Shown: in pieces, positions 28,203 through 38,235 of the stretch
Numbering within the stretch: position 1 is the stretch's first letter
Layout of the letters: every line of letters starts with the position of its first letter
NCBI GenBank assembly: GCA_050699715.1
Contig: JBOHFR010000009.1
Location: 28,941 to 92,940 of the forward strand
DNA from: Pseudonocardiaceae bacterium
GTDB lineage: Bacteria > Actinomycetota > Actinomycetes > Mycobacteriales > Pseudonocardiaceae
DNA length: 64,000 nt
Direction of reading: 5' to 3'
Notes under the pieces: generated by a model
The model's database searches: none
The model's input: only the letters and a program-made list of their open reading frames with translations
Told to the model about the DNA's origin: nothing
Program-made: the position numbers and the translations under genes

Positions 28203-30047
28203 GTGACCCAGTATTCGGGGCTACTCCGCCTCTCTGGATGGTGCACGAGCCGTCACCCGATAAGCGGGAGCCTGGATCTGACCGGACGTTTCACTGCCGG
28301 TCCGCTCAGACGTGACGTCGCTGACTGGCTGGCGATGGAGCCGCTGAGTCTGCTGGCGGCCCGGCACCATGACGCTTGGGAGCAACTGGCCGAGCTCGCG
28401 AACCGACTCGAGCGAGAGCGTCGCGCTCCGGTGGAGTTCGAGTTCGAGCTGACGAAGGACCATGCCTGGCCTACCCGCGTCCGCAACGCGCGGATGCAGC
28501 CGCTCGCGTACGTCGCGGCGATACATGATCTCGTGCGCACCGGCGTCATGTCCCCGAGCGAGGCGGTGCTCGCGGTAACCCCGGAGCAGGTACGGGCCTG
28601 TCTGACCCCGACCGTCGTGCCGACCGCCGACGGCCTGCTCGGCGTGGGGCTCGGCGTCTCACCGGGTGCTGGGTCCGGCCGGGTGGTCTTCAGCTCGGAC
28701 GAGGCGAGCCTAGTCGGTGGTCGCTGCGTACTAGTGGTCGGCGACTCACGGCCGGAGGATTTCGGTGCTAGAAGGCATCTTGCGGGTGTGGTCGCGTTGC
28801 GCGGCGGTGCGACCTCGCATGCCGCAGTCGTGGCGAAGGGTCTCGGACTGCCGATGATCGCCGGGCTCCGGGACGCCGTACTGGACAGTGCGTCCGAGGT
28901 GCTCCGGATCGGCGGCCGTGCGGTATCGCGCCTCGACGTCGTGACAATCGACGGGAGCCAGGGGCATCTCTACACGGGCAGCGCCACCGTGACCGATGGC
29001 TCGATGACACCAGCCCTCGCGGAGCTCATCGGATGGGCTGACCAGCCTCGGATGATCCAGGTGCACGCGAACGCCGACAGCGGCGAGGATGTACGCACGG
29101 CGAAGAAGCTGGGCGCCTCTGGGGTTGGACTCTGTCGCCTTGAGCACGTTCTCGCGGCCGGAGGAGGAACCGCTCAGCTTCGGAAGGTCTTCGCGCACAA
29201 GGATCCCGCGGCACGCACCCGTGTGGTCGAGGAGGTGACGCGGCTCCTCACAACTCTGCTCACCGATGTCCTGCTGGCGGCTGACGGCGTACCGGTCACC
29301 GTCCGGCTGCTGGACGTTCCGCGCCACGAGCTTGTCAATGGTTCGGTCGGCGAGACCGACCCGACGGCCGGAATCGGTGAGGTCAATCCGATGATGGGCA
29401 CCCGGGGTGTGCGCGACTTCCTGATCAACGCCGACCTGGGTGTCGCGCAGGTGGCCGCCATCGCGCGGTCCTGCCGAGCGGTCGCGGAGCTGGGTCTACC
29501 CACAGATGTCCGAATCCTGGTGCCGATGGTCGGCTTCAGCGAGGAGTTCCGGCGAGCGAGGCAAGTCGTCGAGTACGTCTTTGAGCGGGAAGCGCCCGGT
29601 GGCCGAGCCTCCCCACCTGCCGTCGGCTGCATGATCGAGGTTCCCCGGATCGCGCTCAACGCGGCCGAACTCGCTGCAGACGCCGACTTCCTGTCGATCG
29701 GCAGCAACGACCTGACGCAGTTCACGCTGGCCGTGTCCCGCGACGACGCCGAAGCCGGCTTCCTCGGCTCCTACGTCCGCGACCAGGTGATCACCGTGAA
29801 TCCCTTCGAGTGCCTCGATCGCGAGGGCGTCGGGCGCATCCTGCGCATCTGCATCGACGAGGCGCGGGGCGCGCGACCAGATCTCCCGATCGGCCTGTGC
29901 GGGGAGCACGCCAGCGACCCGGCGTCGGTGGAATACCTCGTGTCCCTGGGATTGGACTCCCTGTCGTGTTCGCCGCGACAGGTACCGCTGACCCGGTTCA
30001 GCGCCGGCCGCGCCACGCTCATGCAGTCGATGACCTCGCCAGACTGA
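28203..30047 (+). CDS. PEP-utilising enzyme (PPDK/PEP-synthase-like) lacking most of the N-terminal ATP-grasp domain
   Basis: Swivel phospho-His domain 'GGATSHAAVVAKGLGLPMIAG'. TIM-barrel motifs 'GVGLCRLEH', 'VTVRLLD', 'NPMMGTRG', 'GCMIEVPR', 'LSIGSNDLTQF', 'GLCGEHASDP'. Only the last subdomain of the nucleotide-binding domain is present. The start could be the Met at 28335. Confidence 0.85.
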   Translation: MTQYSGLLRLSGWCTSRHPISGSLDLTGRFTAGPLRRDVADWLAMEPLSLLAARHHDAWEQLAELANRLERERRAPVEFEFELTKDHAWPTRVRNARMQPLAYVAAIHDLVRTGVMSPSEAVLAVTPEQVRACLTPTVVPTADGLLGVGLGVSPGAGSGRVVFSSDEASLVGGRCVLVVGDSRPEDFGARRHLAGVVALRGGATSHAAVVAKGLGLPMIAGLRDAVLDSASEVLRIGGRAVSRLDVVTIDGSQGHLYTGSATVTDGSMTPALAELIGWADQPRMIQVHANADSGEDVRTAKKLGASGVGLCRLEHVLAAGGGTAQLRKVFAHKDPAARTRVVEEVTRLLTTLLTDVLLAADGVPVTVRLLDVPRHELVNGSVGETDPTAGIGEVNPMMGTRGVRDFLINADLGVAQVAAIARSCRAVAELGLPTDVRILVPMVGFSEEFRRARQVVEYVFEREAPGGRASPPAVGCMIEVPRIALNAAELAADADFLSIGSNDLTQFTLAVSRDDAEAGFLGSYVRDQVITVNPFECLDREGVGRILRICIDEARGARPDLPIGLCGEHASDPASVEYLVSLGLDSLSCSPRQVPLTRFSAGRATLMQSMTSPD

Positions 30048-30100
30048 GTGGCCGGTGTGGCCGGCTACGTTCCGCTGTCATCCTGCTACTCTCCGCCGCC

Positions 30101-30451
30101 ATGACGAGTGGCACGAGCATGCGAGGGAAGCTGGTACGTGACCGGATTCCGGAGATTATCCTGCAGGCGGGGCTCATCCCCGTCATCGAGACCGCGTCAC
30201 CGGAGGACTACGGCCGGTACGTGCGCGCGAAGCTGGAGGAGGAGCTTGCGGAGTACCTGAGTTCCGGGGACGTGGCCGAGGTGGCCGACCTCGTCGAGGT
30301 CTGCTTCGCCGCTGCGGCGCTGCACGGTGTCGGTCAGGACGAGTTGCTGGCGATCGCCCGGGACAAGCGACAGCAGCGCGGTGGCTTCGAGGATCGGCTC
30401 GTGTGGCTGGGGAACCTACCGGGCGATCACGAGCCGCCAGCCGGATCGTGA
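30101..30451 (+). CDS. All-alpha MazG-like NTP pyrophosphohydrolase (COG4997-type house-cleaning enzyme)
   Basis: 'KLVRDRIPEII', 'KLEEELAEY', 'EVADLVEV', 'RGGFEDRLVW'. Start is the ATG at 30101 or 30119. Confidence 0.7.
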   Translation: MTSGTSMRGKLVRDRIPEIILQAGLIPVIETASPEDYGRYVRAKLEEELAEYLSSGDVAEVADLVEVCFAAAALHGVGQDELLAIARDKRQQRGGFEDRLVWLGNLPGDHEPPAGS

Positions 30452-30522
30452 CGAACCCTGGGCGACGATACGCGGCAGGGCCAGCTCACGTAGATTGACG
30501 CCGTATCGGGAGTTGCGGCTGT

Positions 30523-32076
30523 TCAGCTGCTCGGACCGGAACTGCCGGGCCGCCAGAGTGGCGCGGCGATTGGCCTGAGTCCATGCGCTTCCAGCTGGGC
30601 GTCGAGTGTCGTGACGGCGGGGGTGCTTTTCCAGGGTTGCATCAGAGCCCGGACGGCGTGGATTCTTGCTGTGAGCCGTGGGGAGAGGCTCGCGAATCTG
30701 GCCACGTCACCGAGCACCCGCGCGGCCTCGGTGATCTCCTTGGACAGCACGAGCCCGTGGCCCAGTCTCACCTCACAGAATGCGCGGTCGTGCACATAAG
30801 GGGTGCGCTCGTACCACGCTAAAGAATTGGTCGCGGCTTCGACGGCCTGCCGTGGCTTGCCCAGCAGTGAGAGAAATTTGCTGCGGTCCCTGTCTAGCGC
30901 GCCCTCGTTCACCCAGTACGCCAGTGACTCGGGGGCACCCGCAGTTGCACTGGCGAGGAACTCCTGAGCTCGTGCGCACGCAGCCATACACGGCCCGAAT
31001 TGGCCGTCTAGCGCATAGGCCTCGGCGGCTTGCAGTTCGGCGAAGGCTTTAAGCCGGACGTCGTCGGTGCGCGCGGCCAGGCTGCGGGCAGCGGCGGCGG
31101 CGTCCAGCGCGGCGGGCGTGTCCCCGCGCTCGAATGCCGCAAAGCTTGTCCAGCACGCCGCGTAGGCGGCCGACGCCGGGTTGCGAGCGTCGTGACCAGC
31201 TCGGCGGGCGCGCTCGAAATAGCGTGTGGCCCCGTCAGGGTGGCCCATATCCAGGAAGTAGCCACCGATTGTGGTTGCCATATTGCTGTCCACCGTGTTC
31301 AGCGACCTGCGCAATCCTTCCGGGCAGCCCTTAAGCAGACGACGCACAACCCCATGCTGCGCAACGACCGTGTCCAGCACCTCACACGGCCCGAGTGTGT
31401 CTTCTTGACGCTTGCAATGGGCCAGCGTGGTCGCCAGGTTGTTCACCACATGGGGGTCTACCCGGTGCGGCGAGTCCACAGCCTGCGCCACCCGGTTGCA
31501 CTCGTCGGCGTCCAGGCCAGACAGGCCCATGGTCGCCAGTGCTAAACGGGCGACCCGCAGCGCTTCGCGACGACCCAGGGACCGCGCCAATGTCGCGACC
31601 ACCTCCCGCATTAACTCCTCGGCTACTTCACCGTCCACACCCATCGTCTCCGGCCACGCGCCGCGCCGGCTGCCCTGGCCGCGCTTCCACACAGCATGCG
31701 ACGGTGCGGGCGAGGCCCGGAGGGCGTCCGCGCCGGCCTGCGCCGCTGCTTGCCGCGTTTGGCGCTGGTGGGTGCGCCACCGACCACGGTAGTCCTGTTC
31801 AGCCTGCGCCAGCGTGGTGTGCTCGGTCACCAGGGCACCGTCAGCGCGGCACACGTCGTCGGTGATCTTCCACTGCTTCCCGGGCATCCCGCGCGTGCCG
31901 TGCTCGACCTTCGAGATCGTGGTCCGGGTCCGACCGAGGGCCTGAGCCAGCTCGGGTTGCGAGACCCCGGCCGCGTGGCGGTAGGTGGCCAGGTGCAGAC
32001 CCAGGCTCCGCCGCAAGATCGCCAACCGCGCCCGGTCAGCCGTCAATTCCCCCGTATCGACCGTCATGGCCGTCAA
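30523..32076 (-). CDS. XRE-family HTH regulator with a TPR-like C-terminal domain
   Basis: 'LATYRHAAGVSQPELAQALGRTRTTISKVEHGTR' HTH plus a long helical-repeat C-terminus. Confidence 0.8.
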   Translation of the reverse strand: MTAMTVDTGELTADRARLAILRRSLGLHLATYRHAAGVSQPELAQALGRTRTTISKVEHGTRGMPGKQWKITDDVCRADGALVTEHTTLAQAEQDYRGRWRTHQRQTRQAAAQAGADALRASPAPSHAVWKRGQGSRRGAWPETMGVDGEVAEELMREVVATLARSLGRREALRVARLALATMGLSGLDADECNRVAQAVDSPHRVDPHVVNNLATTLAHCKRQEDTLGPCEVLDTVVAQHGVVRRLLKGCPEGLRRSLNTVDSNMATTIGGYFLDMGHPDGATRYFERARRAGHDARNPASAAYAACWTSFAAFERGDTPAALDAAAAARSLAARTDDVRLKAFAELQAAEAYALDGQFGPCMAACARAQEFLASATAGAPESLAYWVNEGALDRDRSKFLSLLGKPRQAVEAATNSLAWYERTPYVHDRAFCEVRLGHGLVLSKEITEAARVLGDVARFASLSPRLTARIHAVRALMQPWKSTPAVTTLDAQLEAHGLRPIAAPLWRPGSSGPSS

Positions 32077-32242
32077 CCCTAGAGGGTGGCACGCGGGGTG
32101 GCAGCCCGATACGGGTCACCTCTCCCGCCACTCTGGCCACAACTGCCACAGTTCGCCATGCACCTGGTGCCGGGCCGCCGCGACAAACCCATGAGAGAGG
32201 CGGCGGGCGCGGACGGAAGCAACGACTGCTTGTGACCGCCGG

Positions 32243-32707
32243 CTACGCACGCATGAGCAGCACCGTTGCCACGGCGGCGATGCCCTCGCCGCGGCCGGTC
32301 AGCCCGAGGCCGTCGGTGGTGGTGCCGGATACCGAGACCGGCCCGCCCAAGGCGTCGGACAGCACTCGCTGCGCCTCGGCCCGGCGGCTACTCACCCGCG
32401 GCGCGTTGCCGATCACCTGCACCGCGCCGTTACCCACCACCCAGCCCTGGACGGCCAACCTGGTGCGTACCTCGGTGAGCAGGTCGGCGCCGTGCGCGCC
32501 GGCCCACCGCTGCTCGCCGGTGCCGAACACCGCACCGAGGTCGCCCAAGCCAGCGGCGGACAGCGCGGCGTCGCACAACGCGTGCGCGGCGACGTCACCG
32601 TCGGAGTGCCCGGCGCAACCTGGTAGCCCGGGCCAGTGCAGCCCGGCGATCCAGCAGTCCCGGCCAGCTTCCACCGGGTGCACGTCGGTGCCGATCCCGA
32701 CCCTCAT
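32243..32707 (-). CDS. ispF: 2-C-methyl-D-erythritol 2,4-cyclodiphosphate synthase
   Basis: '[10 protein letters not shown]', '[15 protein letters not shown]'. ATGA overlap with ispD. Confidence 0.9.
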   Translation of the reverse strand: MRVGIGTDVHPVEAGRDCWIAGLHWPGLPGCAGHSDGDVAAHALCDAALSAAGLGDLGAVFGTGEQRWAGAHGADLLTEVRTRLAVQGWVVGNGAVQVIGNAPRVSSRRAEAQRVLSDALGGPVSVSGTTTDGLGLTGRGEGIAAVATVLLMRA

Positions 32708-33396
32708 GCCTGACCGGCGGCGCTCGCGCCGGCCACCGCCGCAGCGACCACAAGATCGAACGGGGTGGTGATTTTCATGGCGTGCGGGTGGCCTGGCACC
32801 GTGGTCACGGACACCCCCAGCGCCTCGACGAGCCCGGCGTCGTCCGTCACTGGACCGGATGGTAGCTGGTGAGCCCGCCATAGCAGGTCCCCGGCGAACC
32901 CCTGCGGGGTCTGCACCACCCGCAAGGCCGCCCGGTCCAGAGTGCCCACAACGCGACCGTGGGAGTCCACCTGCTTGATCGTGTCGACCACCGGCAGAAC
33001 TGGCACCACTGCCCGCTGACCGGCGAGTACCGCGTGCACCACCGCGTGGATCACGCTGACCGGGGTGAGGCAGCGGGCGGCGTCGTGCACCAACACCACC
33101 TCGGCGTCGGGCACGGCGTTCAGGGCCGCCCGAACCGAGTCGCGGCGGTGCACTCCGCCAGTGACGATCCGCACCCGGCCTCCGCCCTCGGCGACGGCTG
33201 CTCGGGCCTGGTCATGGTGTTGCTCACCGACCGCAACTACCACGACCTCGACACAACCGGAGGCCAGCAAACTCTGCACGCAGTGCCAGAGCAGCGGACG
33301 GCCAAGCAGCGGCACAAAGGCCTTGGGTATTCCGGCCGCCAACCGCAGGCCCTGCCCGGCAGCCGGCACCAGTGCCGCGACCCGGGGGCGGGACAC
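32704..33396 (-). CDS. ispD: 2-C-methyl-D-erythritol 4-phosphate cytidylyltransferase
   Basis: '[12 protein letters not shown]...PKAF', 'VLVHDAAR', 'VVDTIK', 'VQTPQGF'. Confidence 0.9.
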   Translation of the reverse strand: MSRPRVAALVPAAGQGLRLAAGIPKAFVPLLGRPLLWHCVQSLLASGCVEVVVVAVGEQHHDQARAAVAEGGGRVRIVTGGVHRRDSVRAALNAVPDAEVVLVHDAARCLTPVSVIHAVVHAVLAGQRAVVPVLPVVDTIKQVDSHGRVVGTLDRAALRVVQTPQGFAGDLLWRAHQLPSGPVTDDAGLVEALGVSVTTVPGHPHAMKITTPFDLVVAAAVAGASAAGQA

Positions 33397-33443
33397 TGGT
33401 GCCGGCGACGTCGTCGGGACGCTGCGACTAAGGTGGCTGGGAC

Positions 33444-33932
33444 TCAGGAAGCTGCGGCGAGAACCTCGTCGAGTAGCACCTCGGCGTTGTCCTCATTGGT
33501 ACCCTCGGCGAGGGCGAGCTCGCTCACCAGAATCTGGCGGGCCTTCGCGAGCATGCGTTTCTCACCGGCCGACAGACCCCGATCGCGCTCGCGCCGCCAA
33601 AGATCCCGGACCACTTCCGCTACTTTGTTGACGTCGCCCGAAGCGAGCTTTTCCAAGTTGGCCTTGTATCGCCGCGACCAGTTCGTCGGCTCCTCGGTGT
33701 GGGGAGCGCGCAGCACCTCAAAAACCCGATCGAGGCCTTCTTGGCCGACTACGTCCCGGACTCCGACGAATTCGGCGTTGGCAGCGGGAACACGGACGGT
33801 AAGATCACCCTGGCTGATCTTGAGGACGAGATATTTCTTCTCCTCCCCCTTGATCACTCGAGTCTCAATGGCCTCGATGAGAGCGGCACCGTGGTGCGGG
33901 TAGACGACGGTCTCTCCGACCTTAAAAACCAT
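33444..33932 (-). CDS. carD: CarD-family RNA polymerase-binding transcription regulator
   Basis: '[25 protein letters not shown]', 'NWSRRYKAN'. Confidence 0.95.
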   Translation of the reverse strand: MVFKVGETVVYPHHGAALIEAIETRVIKGEEKKYLVLKISQGDLTVRVPAANAEFVGVRDVVGQEGLDRVFEVLRAPHTEEPTNWSRRYKANLEKLASGDVNKVAEVVRDLWRRERDRGLSAGEKRMLAKARQILVSELALAEGTNEDNAEVLLDEVLAAAS

Positions 33933-34199
33933 GTGTCTTCTGCCCCTTTCGCTGCCCCAAGGCTACCACGTCCGGAAATCACGGTGCGCGGGGTAGGTAG
34001 CGCCACGTAGAGCGTCGTCGCAGGTCAGAGGATCCGACCACAGGCCGACACCAGGCGAGGCGGTGCTCCGCAGCTCACGGTCACTCCACTATGGACCTGT
34101 ACCGGAGAGCCGGGCGCTCCCAGGCTCTGTGCCTACCGAGTGCCTACCGAGTGCCTACCGATGGGCCGGCAAGATGGGCCTGTCGGATACGCTTCGCCG

Positions 34200-34751
34200 A
34201 TGCGGGTCTCCCTCACCAGCGCGAGCGCGGCGGCTCGCATCGTGGCCTGCTGCGCCGCCGCGCTCGCGCTGGTCGGCTGCGGTGCGGGCCAGATCACCCA
34301 GACCGATCGCCAGGTGGCCGCCGTTGACGGGGCCTTCGGTAACGCCGGAAATGCCATCGCGCTGCGCGAGGTGCTGATCCCTTACCCACACGACCAGCAG
34401 GGCACCTACCCCGCCGGGTCGGCCGTCCCGATGGTGCTCACCATCATCAATCAGGGAGATAGCGCCGACGAGTTGATCGCCGTGACCAGCCCAGCGGCCA
34501 GCCAGGCACTGGTGCTGGGTACCACGCAGATTCCGCCCGGCACCACCGTCACCAGCACGGCCGGTACCCTCCCTTCCAGGAGCGAGCCGACCAGCCCGCT
34601 GGTCGTCGGCGAGCTGCGCGTCGTGCTCTTCACCACCAGGCTGCTGCACGCTGGGCTGAACACGCCGGTGACATTCCAGTTCCGCAAGGCTGGCACGGTG
34701 ACCCTGTCGGTACCCATGGCGGCCCCGCCGAACTCGGCCAGTCAGGCCTAG
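34200..34751 (+). CDS. LpqE-like lipoprotein
   Basis: Signal peptide/lipobox '[11 protein letters not shown]'. Sits between carD and radA as lpqE does in M. tuberculosis. Start taken at 'MRVSLTS'. Confidence 0.7.
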   Translation: MRVSLTSASAAARIVACCAAALALVGCGAGQITQTDRQVAAVDGAFGNAGNAIALREVLIPYPHDQQGTYPAGSAVPMVLTIINQGDSADELIAVTSPAASQALVLGTTQIPPGTTVTSTAGTLPSRSEPTSPLVVGELRVVLFTTRLLHAGLNTPVTFQFRKAGTVTLSVPMAAPPNSASQA

Positions 34752-34813
34752 CCCCAGGCGCCGGTTTGGGGACCCAGCCGAATTGTCAGGGTGGGTGGAT
34801 AGCGTGCCGCACC

Positions 34814-36196
34814 ATGGTGAGACTAGCCGCGAACGACCGGAGCACCCACCGCTGTGGTGACTGCGGCCATGAGGTCGCCAAGTGGGTGGGTCGGTGCCCA
34901 GAGTGCCACACCTGGGGCAGCGTGACAGCGCACCGGCCACCACCGGTGACGGCGGTCGCGGCCGGTGCGCCGTCGGCCCCGGCCCGTCCGATCTCCCAGG
35001 TCGACCTGCACTCCGCGCAAGCCACCGCCACTGGGGTGGCCGAGCTCGACCGGGTGCTCGGCGGCGGTCTGGTTCCCGGCGCGGTGGTGCTGCTGGCCGG
35101 CGAGCCCGGGGTCGGAAAGTCCACCCTGCTGTTAGAGGTCGCACACCGCTGCGCGATGGCCGGTCGGCGCGCGCTCTACGTGACCGGCGAGGAGTCCACC
35201 GGCCAGGTCCGGCTGCGGGCGCAGCGCACCGGAGCGCTGCATGACGAGCTGTTTCTCGCCGCCGAGTCCGACCTCGCCGCAGTGCTCGGGCATCTCGACG
35301 CCGTCGATCCGGGCCTGTTGATCGTCGACTCGGTGCAAACCATGTCCTGCGCTGGCGTCGAGGGCAGCCCAGGGGGAGTGTCCCAGGTCCGCGCGGTGGC
35401 CAGCGTGCTGATCAGCGCCGCCAAGCAACGCGGGCTGCCGGTGGTGCTGGTCGGGCACGTCACCAAGGACGGGACGGTGGCCGGGCCCCGGGTGCTGGAG
35501 CACCTGGTCGACGTGGTGCTGCAGTTCGAGGGCGACCGGCACTCCACGCTACGGATGGTTCGCGGGATCAAGAACCGGTTCGGGGCCGCCGACGAGGTCG
35601 GCTGCTTCGAGCTCACCGATGAGGGCATCATCGGCTTGCCCGACCCGTCCGGACTTTTTCTTACCCACCGCGACGGCGCGGTGCCCGGTACGGCGGTGAC
35701 GGTCATCGTGGAGGGCAAACGGCCGTTGCTGGGCGAGGTCCAGGCGTTGGTCGCCGAATCCGCCCTGGCCAACCCCCGCCGCGCGGTGAGCGGCCTGGAC
35801 TCATCCCGGGTGGCGATGATCCTGGCGGTCACCGAGCGCCGAGGGGGCGTGCGGTTGGCGGGGTCAGACGTCTACACCGCGACGGTGGGCGGGATGCGTG
35901 TGGTGGAGCCGGCGGCCGATCTCGCCGTCGCGCTCGCCGTCGCGTCAGCGGCCGGTGACCTGCTACTGCCCCCGCACACGGTGGCGATCGGAGAGGTCGG
36001 GCTGGCCGGAGAGGTCCGGCAGGTGACCGGGCTACGCCGACGCCTGGCCGAAGCCGCCCGGCTGGGCTTCCGGCACGCGCTCGTTCCCCCAGACAGCGCC
36101 CCAGACAGGGCCCCAGACGGCGGTACCCCACCGCCCGGGATGCGCCTGCACATGGTGGCCGACCTCGGGGCGGCGCTGCGCTGGCTGCGCCCGTGA
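34814..36196 (+). CDS. radA: DNA repair protein RadA
   Basis: Zn-finger '[18 protein letters not shown]'. Walker A 'GEPGVGKST'. 'KNRFG'. Lon-like C-terminus. Confidence 0.95.
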   Translation: MVRLAANDRSTHRCGDCGHEVAKWVGRCPECHTWGSVTAHRPPPVTAVAAGAPSAPARPISQVDLHSAQATATGVAELDRVLGGGLVPGAVVLLAGEPGVGKSTLLLEVAHRCAMAGRRALYVTGEESTGQVRLRAQRTGALHDELFLAAESDLAAVLGHLDAVDPGLLIVDSVQTMSCAGVEGSPGGVSQVRAVASVLISAAKQRGLPVVLVGHVTKDGTVAGPRVLEHLVDVVLQFEGDRHSTLRMVRGIKNRFGAADEVGCFELTDEGIIGLPDPSGLFLTHRDGAVPGTAVTVIVEGKRPLLGEVQALVAESALANPRRAVSGLDSSRVAMILAVTERRGGVRLAGSDVYTATVGGMRVVEPAADLAVALAVASAAGDLLLPPHTVAIGEVGLAGEVRQVTGLRRRLAEAARLGFRHALVPPDSAPDRAPDGGTPPPGMRLHMVADLGAALRWLRP

Positions 36197-36228
36197 ACGG
36201 CGCTACCAGTCAAAGATCCGCGCTACGG

Positions 36229-36456
36229 CTATCGTGGCGCGCGTGACACAGCACCCTGTCGCCGCCGCTCGTCACAGCTTCGCCAGAAGGTCAGTGGCGC
36301 GTGCTGCCGACCCGTTTCGACGCCCGCGATGGTGCTACGGCTGTAGGGCAGCTTGTGGGCAAGGCTCCGCTGGGTCTCGCCCGCTGCTTGACGGCGGGCG
36401 GCAAGCTGAGCACCGAGAGCCAGACGAGCCTGGTTGACCACGTGACCGTCTCGCAC
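36229..36456 (-). pseudogene. Truncated XRE-family HTH fragment
   Basis: 'LGAQLAARRQAAGETQRSLAHKLPYSRSTIAGVETGRQ...FWRSCDE' then ends. The C-terminal sensor part seen in the paralogs is absent. Confidence 0.45.
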
Positions 36457-36856
36457 GGTGATCCGCGTCCCTCCTGGATTCCGGGTGGTTGGTTAGCGGA
36501 TTGTCGCAGGCCGCAGGGGTTGGTTGCCGACCACACAGCCAACCATGTCGGATTCCTCATGGCCCCAGGGCCGGGCTGAGCACTCCAGCTGGTGCGGCGT
36601 CCTTCACCTCGTGAGGACGTGTCCCCCACTTACCACCAGTCCGGCCCCCTCCCCGGTCCTGGGTGCCACCCAAGGAAGACGACTCGCGGACAGGCTCGTG
36701 GAGAGCGCGTGGAGCACGACGGCCATCAACCTAGCCCCTACCCACCGAGATCAACCCGCGATCATCCCAGCCACCAGGCAACCCCACCACGGTGACGATG
36801 CCGATGAACAGGGCCAGCGCGCGGTGGCCACGGCGCCCAGCCCTACCATCGGGCGC

Positions 36857-38164
36857 ATGTCGCCGGTGTCTCGTGGACGTACGAGCAAGGGCAAGAAGAG
36901 TAAGACCACCTCCGGCCTGGGGGGTGCCGCGCACCATCGCGCCGATGGCATGCAGGCAGCTCAAGGGCGATCGGTGTTGACGAGGATGCAGTCGCTGCTG
37001 CTGGGTCCGCCGCAGCGGCCAGCGTGGTTCGATTCCTCGATTAAGGCTGTCTTGGATCGGGCTGGTGTCGTAATGGCGGCGCGGGGGCCTCGGGAGCTGG
37101 AACAGGCGACGGCGGAGCTGTTGGGCGCCGAGCTGCACCGCGTCCTCAGGGACGAACGCGAGGGGATGTGGTTCAGCTGGTGGTTCGAGGAGCTCACGGC
37201 GGCCGCGACGGCTCGGATCCGGGAACAGGTGGGCAGCCGGGACGGCGGGTGGGGGCCAGCGTGGCGATTGCTGCACGGTCTCACCTCGATCGGGTCACCG
37301 GCGCTGGCGTCTATAGCGCGCAGCGCGTTGGACCGGGTGAGGAAGGAGTTGCGGGGTGATCCGGTGGTGCGCCAGCAGCCGGACTGGTTACGGCAGCTCG
37401 CGCGGATCACGGCCACCGGTGAGGTGTGGGAGATGCGCGACGCGTACGGCACGCGCATCGCGCTGATCGCTGGTTTCTGCTATCCCGGTGGGGTGGACCG
37501 CTCGGTGTTCCTGTTCGATATCGACGCGTGCGGGATCATCGAGATCGCCTATGCGGGTGTCTTCGACGACGTGGCGCAGGCGGCCACCGCGTGGCGAACG
37601 CTGGTGGGTGATACAGCGGACAGCGCCCAGCCAGAGCGCGTCAAGACGGCGGAGCGCTTGGTCTGCCTCGTGCATTGCGATTCCGGAGAGGACATTCTCA
37701 AGGGAACCGAATCGCGGACGGTGATGGATAACTGGTTCCGGGCGCGTCGCCGGATCCACGATCTCGCGGATGCGCTGCGGAAGCGGGGAATGCCACTGCC
37801 GGCGGCGCGATCGTTGTACCGTAACCTCGACACGGATTCGATGGCAGCGGAATTCACCGACTGGTATGCGCGCCGGCACGGTAGCGAACCCGATCCGGAG
37901 GTCGCCGGTGCGCTGGCAGAGGAGTGGATGGAGGGGGCGCTGCCCGACACCTGGCATGCGGTCTCGCCGCATCGAGTTGAGTTCCAGCTCACGTTGATCA
38001 ACGATTGGATCTCTGATGATCCGATCACCGTCGGGGCGAAGGCACTGTTGCCCGAATGGGTGCGGTGGCACGGTGAGCAAGCCGGCCTGCCCGAGCACCT
38101 TGTCGACCGTGGGGTCGCTGTCGCCGCAGGCGGCGTCGCTCGTGTCACTCAGCGTCTCGACTGA
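36857..38164 (+). CDS. Conserved hypothetical protein
   Basis: Start at 'MSPVSRGRTSKGKKSK' inside ORF 36524..38164. Coding-like bias throughout. No motif recognised. Confidence 0.55.
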   Translation: MSPVSRGRTSKGKKSKTTSGLGGAAHHRADGMQAAQGRSVLTRMQSLLLGPPQRPAWFDSSIKAVLDRAGVVMAARGPRELEQATAELLGAELHRVLRDEREGMWFSWWFEELTAAATARIREQVGSRDGGWGPAWRLLHGLTSIGSPALASIARSALDRVRKELRGDPVVRQQPDWLRQLARITATGEVWEMRDAYGTRIALIAGFCYPGGVDRSVFLFDIDACGIIEIAYAGVFDDVAQAATAWRTLVGDTADSAQPERVKTAERLVCLVHCDSGEDILKGTESRTVMDNWFRARRRIHDLADALRKRGMPLPAARSLYRNLDTDSMAAEFTDWYARRHGSEPDPEVAGALAEEWMEGALPDTWHAVSPHRVEFQLTLINDWISDDPITVGAKALLPEWVRWHGEQAGLPEHLVDRGVAVAAGGVARVTQRLD

Positions 38165-38235
38165 CACGGGGAGAACTTCGGCCACCCGTTCGAGCATCAG
38201 CGTGCCGATTAATTGGGGCGCGTACAATCCACACG

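Noticed and set aside
32080-32110. 'GGTGGCAC...GGTGGCAG' resembling a sigma-54 -24/-12 element
   Set aside because: The spacing and the -12 TTGC part do not fit, and as far as I know Actinobacteria lack sigma-54.
34155-35144. 329-aa ORF on the minus strand
   Set aside because: Antisense to the lpqE-like gene and radA. Shadow ORF.
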